Source: Eledone cirrhosa (Eukaryota). Taken from it: 64,000 nt of DNA. Below, piece after piece: positions 28,305-41,626 of this stretch (its first letter is position 1; each line of letters starts with the position of its first letter). The stretch spans positions 29,822,001 through 29,886,000 of the forward strand of contig OZ024744.1 in NCBI GenBank assembly GCA_964016885.1. The letters run 5' to 3'. The notes below the pieces were generated by a model. It was given only the letters and a program-made list of their open reading frames with translations, was not told the DNA's origin and searched no databases. The translations under genes were made by a program, and so were the position numbers.

Positions 28305-29055
28305 CAGCAGTTGTTGATTTCTACTCCATGACGTCAGTGTCTGCTTTTGCTGTTGTGGTGTGTGTTTTCTGTTTGTGTTTGTTGTGTTGGTGATATTCCC
28401 ATATATGGTGTTAGTGTTGGAGACGCTGTAGTTGGTGATGTGGCTGTGTTTGGTGTCGGTGTGTTTGTTAGGGGGGGGGGCTTTTGGGATTCCTCATTTC
28501 CTTGCAGTAAGAAAAGGAGGAATCTGTGTCCGTGACATTTGACATAGATGGGTGTTGTGGTGTGAGTGATGGTGTGTGTGTTTGGAAGAGGAAATGAGGG
28601 AGAGCTGATTTGGGAGACCTCTTGGTGGTTTTGATGATTCTTTCTGTTGATGTTGATGTTGTTGTTATTGGTTATTCCTGTTACTGCTCTTGGGAGAGTT
28701 GTTGGAGTTGCTAGTGTTGGTGCTAGTGCTGGTGCTTCTATTGCTGTCGTTGGTGATGTTGTTGGTGTTGCTGTTATTTCTGGTGTTGGTGCTGCTCCTG
28801 CCGAGGCCGGTGCCACTGTTGCTGTTGGTGTTGTTGGGAACTTTGGGGGTCCTGGTGTTGGGAGCAAGGGGACCTGTGACTTCCCGTCTTCTGCTGAGAG
28901 CGAAAAGCACTCAGGTGGCTTTTCTCTATGAACAAATGACAACGTGGCTTTTTGCCGTCAATGATCACATTTAAAGCTATGCCAACAGGTAAGTGAATGA
29001 AGTCAGGGATGTTTTCTATTTTTTCAAGTTTACTATGTAGGTGGGTCTGCAAACA
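28305..29055 (-). mobile_element. Tx1-clade ORF1 remnant (divergent family)
   Basis: IENIPDFIHLPVGIALNVIIDGKKPRCHLFIEKSHLSAF aligns with IEAIPDVIDFDNGTQLSISVEGKRPKCFRCGLKTHLRAF of the ORF1 at ~46.1 kb. A similar Pro/Thr-rich tract follows. Confidence 0.75.
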
Positions 29056-29249
29056 TAACCCCGATCAGTGATCGCTCCGACTGCACCTGACTCCTAAGAG
29101 GCTGTCGCTACCTTCTCATATCACACAGACCAGGATCCACCAGATGTCCAATCCTAGAGGGATACTGGTAATCCTAACCCTTACAGTTCTTCTTCCCAAG
29201 CACGAAGAATATAGTACAAATTGGACTGTCCAAACGGGGACCACAACAT

Positions 29250-30375
29250 ATTTGACGAGGTAACGAACAGAGTGGCCACTTTCACCAAGGAATGGACCGA
29301 GAGGGGACTAATCCTAGAAGGTCGGACAGAGGTGGTGAACGCGTTACTGCAACCGTCATCTATTACCGCTTGACCGTCGTGCTTTGCCCCAGTCTACAAC
29401 TCTCCAAAGTTCCTCAACTTCTTTTGGAAGGGAAAGGTTCCACTAGTGAGGTCCTCCATTTGTTGCCAAACCTTCTATGCGGAGTCCTGGGCATGCCATG
29501 GCTAATGATGTACAAACATGCTCTGAGGCTGCGCCATCTCCAGATACACTGCTTAAACGGTGAACAGGTGATGTCGCCGTTTGTGGGACAGGTCTTTCTG
29601 CAGCTCATCTCTTTTACTGAGCTGCAATCTTGGATCAAGAAGAGACCGAGACTGGGTGTCTGGTATCTGGAACGTTGCCAGGTGGTCACTGCCCTCTACC
29701 AGGCGAGCAATGCGGTCAGTGAAAATTTCGCTCTAGAGTTCTATAGAGAATTAGTGATGAGCAAGAGATGGCATTCTCGCAGAAACTCTGGGTGTCAACG
29801 AAATCGAAGTAACTTGTCTGTTCCGAAGGACTTTCCAGAAATACGTGGCTTGACAGAGCTACCGGGAGCACTGCCGGTTTCAGACAAATTCTGCAGGCGC
29901 AGAAGTGCTGTCAAACGGACCTGTCCAAAATGCGCGCAGAGCATTTTCCCTCTGTTCGGTGCTGGAGTGAAAGAGGATGTATGCTGCATCAGGTTGAAAG
30001 GACTGAAAACAAATACTTTTCTCTTCGGCCAATCCCTCATCAACATTTACAAGTTCCATTTGGAAAGGAAGGTGAGGTTGGAGAGAGAAGTGCTGTCCCC
30101 CGGTACATTTGTTAAAAGGTGGGTGAATGTGGCAAAGATGGCCATGTGAAAGGGCCAGTTGTGAACATGCGCCTGTAGGATGGAGTGTTTAGAGAAGAAT
30201 GGGGGTCATCTTTTGATAGTGCTTATGGAGATTACAGAGGGTTAGGATATTGTGGGGTTCCTAAGTTACCCCTGCGTGCCACCCTTATCTATTGGGGAAT
30301 GTTTATTGTATGTTAACCCCCGTCCCCACTTTTAACTGTCCTCTATATTTCTCCCCTTGTAGCAAATAAAGAAAT
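29250..30375 (+). mobile_element. Tx1-clade LINE 3' fragment (end of ORF2 and 3' UTR)
   Basis: Motifs YYRLTV, LGMPWL, RTCPKCAQ and KFHLERKVR are homologous to 2775-4036 and 41627-42670. AATAAA at ~30365. Confidence 0.85.
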
Positions 30376-30384
30376 AACAACAAT

Positions 30385-30720
30385 GATAATTGTCGTTGTC
30401 GTTGTTCTTGTTACTGTTGTCGTTGTTGTTTTCGTTGTTTTGTTGTTGTTGGAATTGCTGTTGTTACTGTTGTTGCTGGTGGTGGTGGTGGTGGTGGTGG
30501 TGGTGGTGTTGCTGCTGCTGCTGGTGCTGTTATTGTTGTTGTTGCCGTTACTGTTGTTGTTTTCGTTGTTATTTTTTCTTGGTGTTGTTGTTGTCATTGC
30601 TGTTGTTGTTGTTGCTGTTACTACTGATGTGATTGTTGTTACTGTTGTTGTTTCCATTGTTTTCATTATTGTTGTTGTTGTTGTTGTTGTTGCTGCTACT
30701 GCTGCTGCTGCTGTTGTTAT
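30385..30720. repeat. Degenerate (GTT)n/(GGT)n/(GCT)n triplet low-complexity tract
   Basis: Direct reading of the sequence. Confidence 0.9.
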
Positions 30721-30981
30721 AGAAGACATATTGATCTCACGGTAGTAACATTGAGTGAAGCGAAGAGACTAGAAATTTCGTGAGAAAGTTCTATGACAGA
30801 CGACTACAGCTACAGGTAACAGGCTACAGGTGCATTGTGACTCATGACAAGAAGAATTCGTTGACAAATACCGAATACATACATATATATACATACCAAA
30901 TATATACATACATACATGCAGACATATATACACATATAGATACATACATATATTCATATACAGATATAGATACGTACATAT

Positions 30982-31084
<103 letters not shown>

Positions 31085-31470
31085 TACATATATATATTCA
31101 TACATATATACACATATAGATAAGTACATATATTCATATACACACATATATATATATTCATACATATATATATACATACATACATATATACATACATACA
31201 CACATACGTACATACATATATACATACATGAACATACGTACGTACATACATATATATACATACATATACATACACATACATATATACATATATATATACA
31301 TACGTACATACATATACATACGTACGTACGTCCATACCAAGAAGAATTCGTTGACAAATACCAAATACATACATATATACATACATATTACATACATACA
31401 TATATACACATATAGATACGTACATATATTCATATACACATATATATGTATATATATATATATATATATT

Positions 31471-31524
<54 letters not shown>

Positions 31525-31553
31525 ATATATATATATATACATACATACATATA

Positions 31554-31900
31554 TGGTGGCGGCCAACTCGTTTTCGAGTACAACCACTACTTTATATCCA
31601 TGTAGGAGAACCCCTACCGATGCACTGAACGAGTGTGACTTTTTAGTCCAGCCAGCTACTTGAAGACTCTGGTACAAACACTACACTTGTGACAATTATT
31701 GACACATAGTGCTGGGCCCATGGTACCATGTGACGACAAGTGCAGAGAGATCTCCAGATATAAAGCAATGACTGTGCCGTGAAGCTTTTATAGTGAGCAA
31801 ATGCACTGCACAAAGCCAGTCCCACTCTCTTAACCAAGATGATATTTACCAAAAAGAAGAACAAGTCAACACCATTGGATACCATCAGGGTTGCAGGTGT
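31554..31900 (-). mobile_element. RTE-like LINE 3' end with terminal C2H2 finger and 3' UTR
   Basis: Minus-strand translation [24 protein letters not shown]. The short 3' UTR has a CTCG-AAAA-CGAG hairpin and runs into a TA/TATG tail. Confidence 0.7.
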
Positions 31901-32008
31901 TGTATACACATATAGATACGTACATATATTCATATACACATATATATATATAAAATGTATATACATACATACATATATACATACATATTACATACGTACA
32001 TACATACA

Positions 32009-32435
32009 TGGTGGCTGCCAACTCGTTTTCGAGTACGGCCACTACTTTATATCCATGTAGGAGAACCCCTACCGATGCGCTGAACGAGTGTGACTTTTTA
32101 GTCCAGCCAGCGACTTGAAAACTCTGGTACAGTTAAAGCAATGCCTGTGCCCTGAAGCTTTTATAGTGAACAAAGGCACTGCACAAAGCCAGCACCACTC
32201 TCTTAACCAAGATGATATTTACCAAAAAGAAGAACAAGTCAGCATCATTGGATGGCCATTGACTCTTAAGATCTCCTTTGCCCTTTGACAGGTTTTGTTT
32301 TTAGTCCTGCAGGATGTCCAAAGTCACCCTCCTCACCAAGAAACCTTGGTGGGGTTGCCAGTTTAGTCGCCAACGACCCGACGATGAGACAGGTTGTACT
32401 GGGATACATGTTACCAGTAGCACCAACTGGTGACC
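32009..32435 (-). mobile_element. Second copy of the same RTE-like 3' end (internally deleted) joined to a GC-richer upstream segment
   Basis: 32009-32255 matches 31554-31880 with a deletion of about 100 bp. A third terminal stub is at 33388-33420. Confidence 0.6.
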
Positions 32436-32509
32436 TATATATATACATACATATATACACACATACATATATATGTATATATGCATATGTGTATATATGG
32501 ATATGTATG

Positions 32510-32548
<39 letters not shown>

Positions 32549-33263
32549 GTATATATATATGTATGTGTGTATGTATATATGTATGTATATATATATGTAT
32601 ATATATGTGTGTGTATATATGTGTGTATGTATATCTATGTGTATATATATATATGTATGTATATATATGTATATATATATGTACGTATATATGTCTATAT
32701 ATATATGTATGTATATATGTGTATGTATGTGTATATGTATGTATATATGTATGTATATATATATGTATATTTATATATGTATGTATATATATATGTATAT
32801 ATATATGTGTATGTATGTGTATATGTATGTGTGTATATATGTATGTACGTACATACATACATACATATATACATACATATATACATACATATACATACAC
32901 ATACATACATACATATATACATATATATATATACATATGTACATACATATACATACGTACGTACGTCCATATATACATATATACAGACGTACATTCTTAC
33001 ATATATACACATACACATATATATATACTTACATAAATACATTTATACATATACATACATGCATATATACATATATACATACATATATATAAATATAGAC
33101 ATGCATACATATGTACATACATACATACATATACATATATACATACATATTACATATATACGTATTTACATACATATATACATACCTATATACATACGTA
33201 CATATATTCATATATATATGTATTCATTCACACACACACACACACACAGACAGGCACACACAT

Positions 33264-33351
<88 letters not shown>

Positions 33352-33512
33352 GCATATATACATATATACATACGCACATATATAAAAGGTGGCTGGCCTC
33401 TCGTTATCGAGTACGGCCATTGCACGATATACCATTATAAATAATTATTATATATATATATATATATAGGAAAAGTATGACCCCGACGGCAGAGCTCAAG
33501 CCGTTTCGACGG

Positions 33513-33577
<65 letters not shown>

Positions 33578-33714
33578 AATAAAGATCCGATAGCTCCTTG
33601 TGGTGTCGTCGAGGCACCGTCATACAGTGTGTTTAGGCCACTTTTAAAACTAGCGGAGCCCAACCCTCTCCAGGTCTGAACACAGCCTATCTTTTCTATA
33701 GAGGGAGAATCAAT

Positions 33715-33835
33715 CTCAGTACTGGACTGGTAATTTATTTTATCGACCTCGAAAGGATGAAAGCCAAAGTTGACCACATTGAGGTGGGAATAATACCGTA
33801 TGCATTCTATCCGACGACTTACCGTCTCTACCAAT
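33715..33835 (-). mobile_element. SINE fragment resembling Nin-domain SINEs of molluscs
   Basis: Minus strand reads CTTTCATCCTTTCGAGGTCGATAAAATAAATTACCAGT, recalled as similar to the Nin-domain core; not database-checked. Confidence 0.55.
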
Positions 33836-34072
33836 TTACGTATATACATATACGCAAAAGGCAAACAGAAATCACAAAGCAAACGACACAGTACAATGAT
33901 GAAATGTATAATTTTTAAACTTGATATAGTAGGAAAAGAATCTTAACGTTTCGGACGCTAGTCATTCGTCAAAAAATAGAATTAAAGAAGAACTAGAAAG
34001 ATAGAAGAGAGTGAGCAGTAACAGTAACGAAAAGAAATTTCTTTGACAAAAAACAGGCCTATGAAGGTCTCC

Positions 34073-34126
<54 letters not shown>

Positions 34127-34200
34127 GCGCGTGTGTGAATCAAAATCAAAATCAAAATCCAGGGCCTTATCACTCCTGTTGACCTCCATACCATCCTATC

Positions 34201-34412
34201 TCTGGCCATACTGGACCATTTGGTGGCATGGTATCGGGTCAGATTATCGCGCCAGGCATCATATCTTTGGCCACACTTCTTGTCTCTGAAATGAAAGACG
34301 TGGCCACTCGATCTATGTTGCCCTTCTTGATAGTCACGATTATGTCCGACATGCTAGCCTGCTGCCAAATCCAGCTGTTGCTTTTCTTATCACGTAACCT
34401 ATTAGTATATGC

Positions 34413-34483
<71 letters not shown>

Positions 34484-34621
34484 CGTGACTATCAAGAAGG
34501 TCAACATAGATCGAGTGGCCACGTCTTTCATTTCAGAGACAAGAAGTGTGGCCAAAGATATGATGCCTGGCGCGATAATCTGACCCGATACCATGCCACC
34601 AAATGGTCCAGTATGGCCAGA
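34201..34621. repeat. 143-bp near-perfect inverted repeat around a 135-bp spacer containing (TA)n
   Basis: 34201-34343 is the reverse complement of 34479-34621 with one mismatch seen. Confidence 0.92.
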
Positions 34622-34631
34622 TATATATATA

Positions 34632-35150
34632 CGAGGTGGGTCAGAAAAGTTCCAGGACTGATGTCACAAAAGATTTATTTCAAACCCAAACTTCACACTA
34701 AGAGTTTTCTCCTTCAAAGTAATCCACCTGGAGTCTAATGCACTTTACCATCCCTTTCTGCCACGCTTGCATGCAGTCCTGGAAGGATTCTTCCGGGAGC
34801 CTCCGCAGTTCCGTCGTCACGGCCTTTTTGATGCCGTCCACGTCTTCAAAACGTGTCCCATCCGGGTCGTATTCGAAGATCCATGACTCATCACCGGTGA
34901 TGACTGTCCCTAGCAAGTCTTGTTCAGTTTCAAGACGCTCGAGGATGTCCTGGCACACTTGCATGCGTCGATACTTCTGGTCATCTTTCAGCAGTTTTGG
35001 CACCATCTTCGCGCAGACTTTCCGCATGTCCAAATCTTCAGTGAGGATCTTCCAGACGCTGTCCCGATTCATGCCCAGCTCATTTGCCATCAGTCGAACA
35101 GTCAGCTGACGATCTCTACGCACCATCTGCCAGACGCGCTCAACGTTGAC
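34632..35150 (-). mobile_element. Mariner transposon remnant: 3' TIR plus internally deleted transposase
   Basis: TA followed by CGAGGTGGGTCAGAAAAGTTCCAGGACT (mariner-type TIR). ORF 34698-35126 has the HTH, AKMVPKLL (WVPHEL-like) and ITGDESW, then jumps to the C-terminus, so the second and third catalytic Asp motifs are missing. Confidence 0.9.
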
Positions 35151-36018
35151 TTAATAGGGAGGGCAAAAGGAAAAGTACGGCTCTTTCCGAACTGATCTGG
35201 AAGTTCAAGCTGGACAGGACCTTGTACTCTCTGGCCTGGTCCCAAATCAGGAAAGTGCCACCCCTTCGACGCATGAGTCAAATAGGACGCGCCTATTGCT
35301 ACTACTTACTCCTCTCACCACCTCTAGAGGTGACTTTTGACCCTGTGTCCGTGTGAATCCACATGTGGGCGTATATGGAATTATGTGTATGCGTGTGTGT
35401 GTGACTGTGTGGACGTAATATGGGAATGCACCTGAGCCTGAGTTTGTGCTTGCAACGGTGTGCGCTGACGAACATATACGCATATGTACTTTATGCTGAA
35501 CAAAGAATTGTAGTCCTCTATACTTCTAGATTTTGACACACAGGTATTTTGATTTTTTAATCTTTTTATTTTTATTTTTATTTTTATTGTTTGTAACACA
35601 CACATTTTGGGGGGGCATCCTCCACCAATGAAGTGGTCGCAGGAGAGATGCTGGTCTACACACATAAATTCTTCTGACCATAGCAGCAGACTACTAAGGT
35701 TGACCTGCTGGCTGACCTCCTAACACCACTACCACTACCGCCACGGTAAAGGAGGTCAGCTGGACTTAAACATTCTGATAAAAACAACTATAACAGGTTG
35801 ACCTGTCTCTGAAGAATTTTTATAAACTTTCGGCTGGGGAGTGGTATGACAACTGACCAATGGGGTACGAGAGTGTCCTCTGACGTTGAAATTCGTTTGT
35901 TCTAGCCCATATGATTCCAGTTCCTCGTAGGAATAACAACACATCCAGGAGCTGGACATATCGATGAATTGACAGTGGAACACATTTCAAAACCATGTTT
36001 ACCTGTTCTTTCTACATT

Positions 36019-36085
36019 AATTCGTACTGCCTGAAGAGGTCACAGCCAATAATGGCTGTCACTGAAATATATATAGCAGAGAATT
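36019..36085 (+). ncRNA. Minimal type I hammerhead ribozyme (Penelope-type, palindromic stem III)
   Basis: Stem I CTGC(36027)/GCAG(36076), extended by AATTC/GAATT. Core CTGAAGA at 36031-37. Stem II GGTCACAGCCA-ATAA-TGGCTGTCACT. GAAA at 36064-67, palindromic TATATA, cleavage triplet ATA ending at 36075. Confidence 0.75.
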
Positions 36086-36223
36086 TATAATAAACGAAGC
36101 CAAATTTTATGTTTGACTTACTTATTTTACATTACTCCGGAGTAAACAAACCAACCTGCGTACTTCGTCGATCGCTCCAGCCTGCATACAGAGGTGTCGG
36201 TAAACAACCAACATATACTCGAA

Positions 36224-36254
<31 letters not shown>

Positions 36255-36258
<4 letters not shown>

Positions 36259-36378
36259 AAAAGAGTCAGGACGCTGACGACTGAGCTCCGGCCGTTTCGA
36301 CAGCTATATCCAAAGAATTCGTATCTAGCTGTCGAAACGGCCGTTGCTCAGCGGGCGGGGTCCTGACTATTTTCCTAT
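36255..36378. mobile_element. ~125-bp imperfect palindrome (MITE-like) next to a TA tract; related half-copy at 33467-33515
   Basis: TAGGAAAAGAGTCAGGAC...CGGCCGTTTCGACAGCTA pairs with TAGCTGTCGAAACGGCCG...GTCCTGACTATTTTCCTA. Confidence 0.7.
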
Positions 36379-36458
36379 TACCCACTCTACTACCCTAAGT
36401 ATTGAGTACTCTGGGGTGCGTTATGGTGTCCACCTGGTATATTACCACTCCCTTTGTT

Positions 36459-36569
<111 letters not shown>

Positions 36570-37779
36570 TATATATTTGTGGGCACTACCAAATGTAATT
36601 GAGTGTATATGTCAACAGTTTCATTTAATTTCAGAATTACCAAAACGAAAACATGCCTAAGTCATAAATTACATTACATTGCTGTTAATTGCCTAGATTA
36701 ACTGGTATTGATCAGTCATCGACAGCACGAGAAAGTCTGTATCTTGATGGCGCCATTAATTTTATTAGAATTTAGAATCCAGCAACATTGGCTATGTGAT
36801 CTCATAGGCACCTTGGTGGCGTCAGTGAGTCTTGTGGGAGTTCTGCTCCAAGTATGAGGTTATAGAAGCTAGCTGAATGATCAGTTGATGTTTGTGGTTA
36901 CCTTTGGTAGGTGTGATGCTGATTAGAACCGTCTATCCCATACCTCCATCAAGGAATATTGGCCCTTTAACTTTATCTTATGTTTCCCACATCCTATTTC
37001 TCTGCTGTAAAAATACACAAAATAAATATACAAATTTTAAATTTCTGATAGAGTCGTAGTTGAGTTGTCTTTGTTATTTTAAACCTGGTGGAGCTCATAT
37101 CTCTCAAGGCTGGAGAATTGCTGATTTCTTCAAAAAAAGAAGCAAGAAAGAGAGAGAGAGAGAGGGGGCAGACTTGACCATCAGAACTTGAACTTGAGCC
37201 GGAACAAGTATCAAAGTATTTTTAACCTGACACTGTAACAACTGTCAATTGGCTCCCTTCGTCAGAGCAATGCCATCTGTAACATGGATAGGAAGATAAC
37301 CAAAGACAGGGATTTGATTGACCCCATCCTATTTGTGTTGGTCGACGTCGAGACCTCTTGCATTCTCGTTTTCTCAACTGACATTTTACCACGCAAAAGG
37401 AGTGCATCTCCACAAGGTGGAGTGAATGATGTAGCAGGTGTCACTGGTTGTTCTACGTAGGAATGGCTTACTATTTTGTCCAGGCGGTGTATCTGGGATA
37501 TATCGCTTAGACTGGGGCGAAGGGTCCACCGTTCCCTTCTACCTTTGTCTTACTTTTGCTACTTACATTTTTTCTTTCTTTTTCATTCTTTTTCTATTTT
37601 ATTGCAAACATATAATTTAGTGTGTGTGAGTCGGCCCTCCGTCGGTTCAAACGACGACTGTTTCAGTTATTACGATCAATGGAACAGTTTGCATGTGAAA
37701 TTAACGTATATATGGCAGAACATTCGAGAAACGCGTGTGCCTTCAACATAATTCTAAGGAGTATTCAGCGTGGCATGAT

Positions 37780-37952
37780 GTTCAAGGATACGGCTGGCTC
37801 TTTGAATTTCTGCTACAACTCATTTTTGCCAGCTGAGCGCACTGAAGTAACACGAAATAAAGTGTTTTTCTCAAGGATGCAACACGTCACCACGAATCGA
37901 CCTTACGACCTTATGATCGTGAGCCAAACACTCTAACCTTTAAGCCACGCAC
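37780..37952 (-). mobile_element. Degenerate tRNA-derived SINE
   Basis: Minus strand has A-box-like GTGGCTTAAAGGTTAG and B-box-like GGTCGATTC, then a CCTTGAGAAAAACACTT core. Confidence 0.6.
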
Positions 37953-38239
37953 TTTCTCACAATTTTAGTACAGGACTATGTTAGATGTAACCGATTAAAT
38001 TCTTGAAGACGCTGCTGCAGCCTGGCCGTGGTAGCCGCGGTAAAAAATGGTTGAAAAAACAGTAGGAGATGATAAAGAAGGAATAGAGTTCCCACACTTA
38101 TTTATATGTACATCTCATCTTTAAGTACATCTTCAGGTCTTAATGGATTTCTCAGTTCGTGTAATGTTTGTATGTTCCTGTGTGTTTAACGGCGTTCACT
38201 GCTGTTCCGCTCGCTTATGGTAAAACGATTTCACTACCA

Positions 38240-39037
<798 letters not shown>

Positions 39038-39069
39038 TGAAACTGGTCTTTAAAAAATCTCACCAAGGT

Positions 39070-40572
39070 TGGAGGCTACAATATGTTATCAAATACCAAC
39101 TACACCTTCCAATATATGGAGGCTAGAATATGTTATCAAATACCAACTACACCTTCCAATATATGGGGGCTACAATATGTTATCAAATACCAACTACACC
39201 TTCCAATATATGGAGGCTACAATATGTTATCAAATACCAACTACATCTTCCTATAGATGTAGTCTACAATATGTTGTCAAATACCAACTACACCTTCCAA
39301 TATATGGAGGCTACAATATGTTGTCAAATACCAACTACATCTTCCTATAGATGTCGGCTACAATATGTTGTCAAATACCAACTACACCTTCCAATATATG
39401 GAGGCTACAATATGTTGTCAAATACCAACTACATCTTCCTATAGATGTCGGCTACAATATGTTGTCAAATACCAACTAACATCTTCCAATATATGGAGGC
39501 TACAATATGTTGTCAAATACCAACTACATCTTCCTATAGATGTCGGCTACAATATGTTATCAAATACCAACTATAACACCTTCCAATAGATGGAGGCTAG
39601 AATATGTTGTCAAATACCAACTACACCTTCCAATAGATGTAGTCTACAATATGTTGTCAAATACCAACTAACATCTTCCAATAGATGGAGGCTAGAATAT
39701 GTTATCAAATACCAACTATAACATCTTCCTATAGATGGAGGCTACAATATGTTATCAAATACCAACTATAACACCTTCCAATAGATGGAGGCTAGAATAT
39801 GTTGTCAAATACCAACTAACATCTTCCTATAGATGGAGGCTACAATATGTTGTCAAATACCAACTATAACATTTTCCAATAGATGGAGGCTAGAATATGT
39901 TGTCAAATACCAACTAACATCTTCCTATAGATGGAGGCTAGAATATGTTGTCAAATACCAACTATAACATTTTCCAATAGATGGAGGCTAGAATATGTTG
40001 TCAAATGCCAACTACATCTTCCGATAGATGGAGACTGTGATATGTTGTCAAATACCAACTATAACATCTTCCAATAGATGGAGGCTACAATATGTTGTCA
40101 AATACTAACTATAACATTTTCCAATAGATGGAGGCTACAATATGTTGTCAAATACCAACTATAACATTTTCCAATAGATGGAGGCTACAATATGTTGTCA
40201 AATACCAACTATAACATTTTCCAATAGATGGAGGCTAGAATATGTTGTCAAATATCAACTATAACATTTTCCAATAGATGGAGGCTACAATATGTTGTCA
40301 AATATCAACTACATCTTCCGATAGATGGAGACTGTGATATGTTGTCAAATACCAACTATAACATCTTCCAATAGATGGAGGCTACAATATGTTGTCAAAT
40401 ACCAACTACATCTTCCGATAGATGGAGACTGTGATATGTTGTCAAATACCAACTATAACATCTTCCAATAGATGGAGGCTACAATATGTTGTTAAATAAA
40501 AACTACATCTTCCTATAGATGGAGGCTACAATATGTTGTCAAATACCAACTATAACATCTTTCAATAGATGT
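39070..40572. repeat. Tandem array of a 47-49-bp unit, about 31 copies
   Basis: Consensus GGAGGCTACAATATGTTGTCAAATACCAACTA(TA)ACATCTTCCAATAGAT repeated with no unique spacers. Confidence 0.96.
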
Positions 40573-41163
40573 TTATAGTTGGTAGATCGTTATTTATGCT
40601 TCTTTTCCCTGCACCTGTTGGAATTTTCCTTCTTTTATTTTCCTTTTGTCCCTCTCTCATTTCTATTTCTTAAATGTAAAGAGTACTAGATACCTCTCCT
40701 AGTCTGTCATGACTTACTAGCTCTATACGGGCGTTTAAATTGATTAAATAAATAAATAACCATAATAATCTCTTAGTTCTTGGTTACAGCACTGAGAGAC
40801 ATTTCTAACCTGTTTTATATGTTTTACAGTTAGAAGGAAGAATTGGGTTATTAGAGGGTTAAATCGCTTGCTTATGAATTTATCTGTCTTTGTTTCTTAA
40901 ATATAAGTGGTACTAGATATTTCTTCTATGCTGTCCTGGATTACTAGCTCTATACGGACGCTTGAATTGATTAAAAAAAAGAAAAGGCGAAAAAAAGTAG
41001 AAAAAAGAACTCCCCAAAAAGTTTCCGAAACTTAAGGATTTATTCCGTCGCTTCTGGAAAGATCGTTCATGTAATCTGTTGTATCTAACGGCTAACGCCC
41101 ATCCCACTGTCTCCACACTCATACGCATTCATATTTCATCTTTGTCCCCCCCCCCCCTCTCTC

Positions 41164-41194
<31 letters not shown>

Positions 41195-41318
41195 AAAGGA
41201 AGACATCTCTTGGGAAGTGTCATCAGGTGGAACTGTTTTTAGGTCCACTGCTTGTTCCTCGACCCGAAGAGGTCAAATTATAATTGAAAGACGTGTAAAA
41301 TGATTAAAAAGAAACATG

Positions 41319-41384
<66 letters not shown>

Positions 41385-41626
41385 TTTTCTTTATTAACCA
41401 CAAGGGTTCACATAAAGTAGACATTAAGGACAGTACAGGACAATACAGGACGGTACAAATGGGCATTTCTGCGTGTAAAAAAACAGAGGTTGAAATAAAA
41501 TAACAAAGAAAAATTCCCCAATAGGGGGGAGACTTCCAAGGGACATTTGTGGAGAAAGCCCATTAAAAGACCACAGTGACCCTGACCACCAGGGCAAGTG
41601 CCCTCTCCCAGTTTTCCATCTTTAAT

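Noticed and set aside
28305-30375. Twin-priming inversion of a single Tx1 insertion
   Set aside because: The inverted ORF1 piece and the ORF2 3' piece lie kilobases apart in the element, ~200 bp of unrelated DNA intervenes, and no target duplication is visible.
33940-33978. Minus-strand hammerhead-like TTGACGA..GAC/GTC..GAAACGTTA
   Set aside because: The core C is lost and stems I and II are mismatched. Likely a dead relic.
36270-36352. Hammerhead within the small palindrome (CTGACGA ... GAAACGGCCGT)
   Set aside because: CTGACGA is not adjacent to the stem preceding GAAA, and the long palindrome would dominate folding.
39070-40572. CRISPR-like array or MLSNTNY repeat protein
   Set aside because: No variable spacers. 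Unit lengths of 47 and 49 bp break the reading frame.
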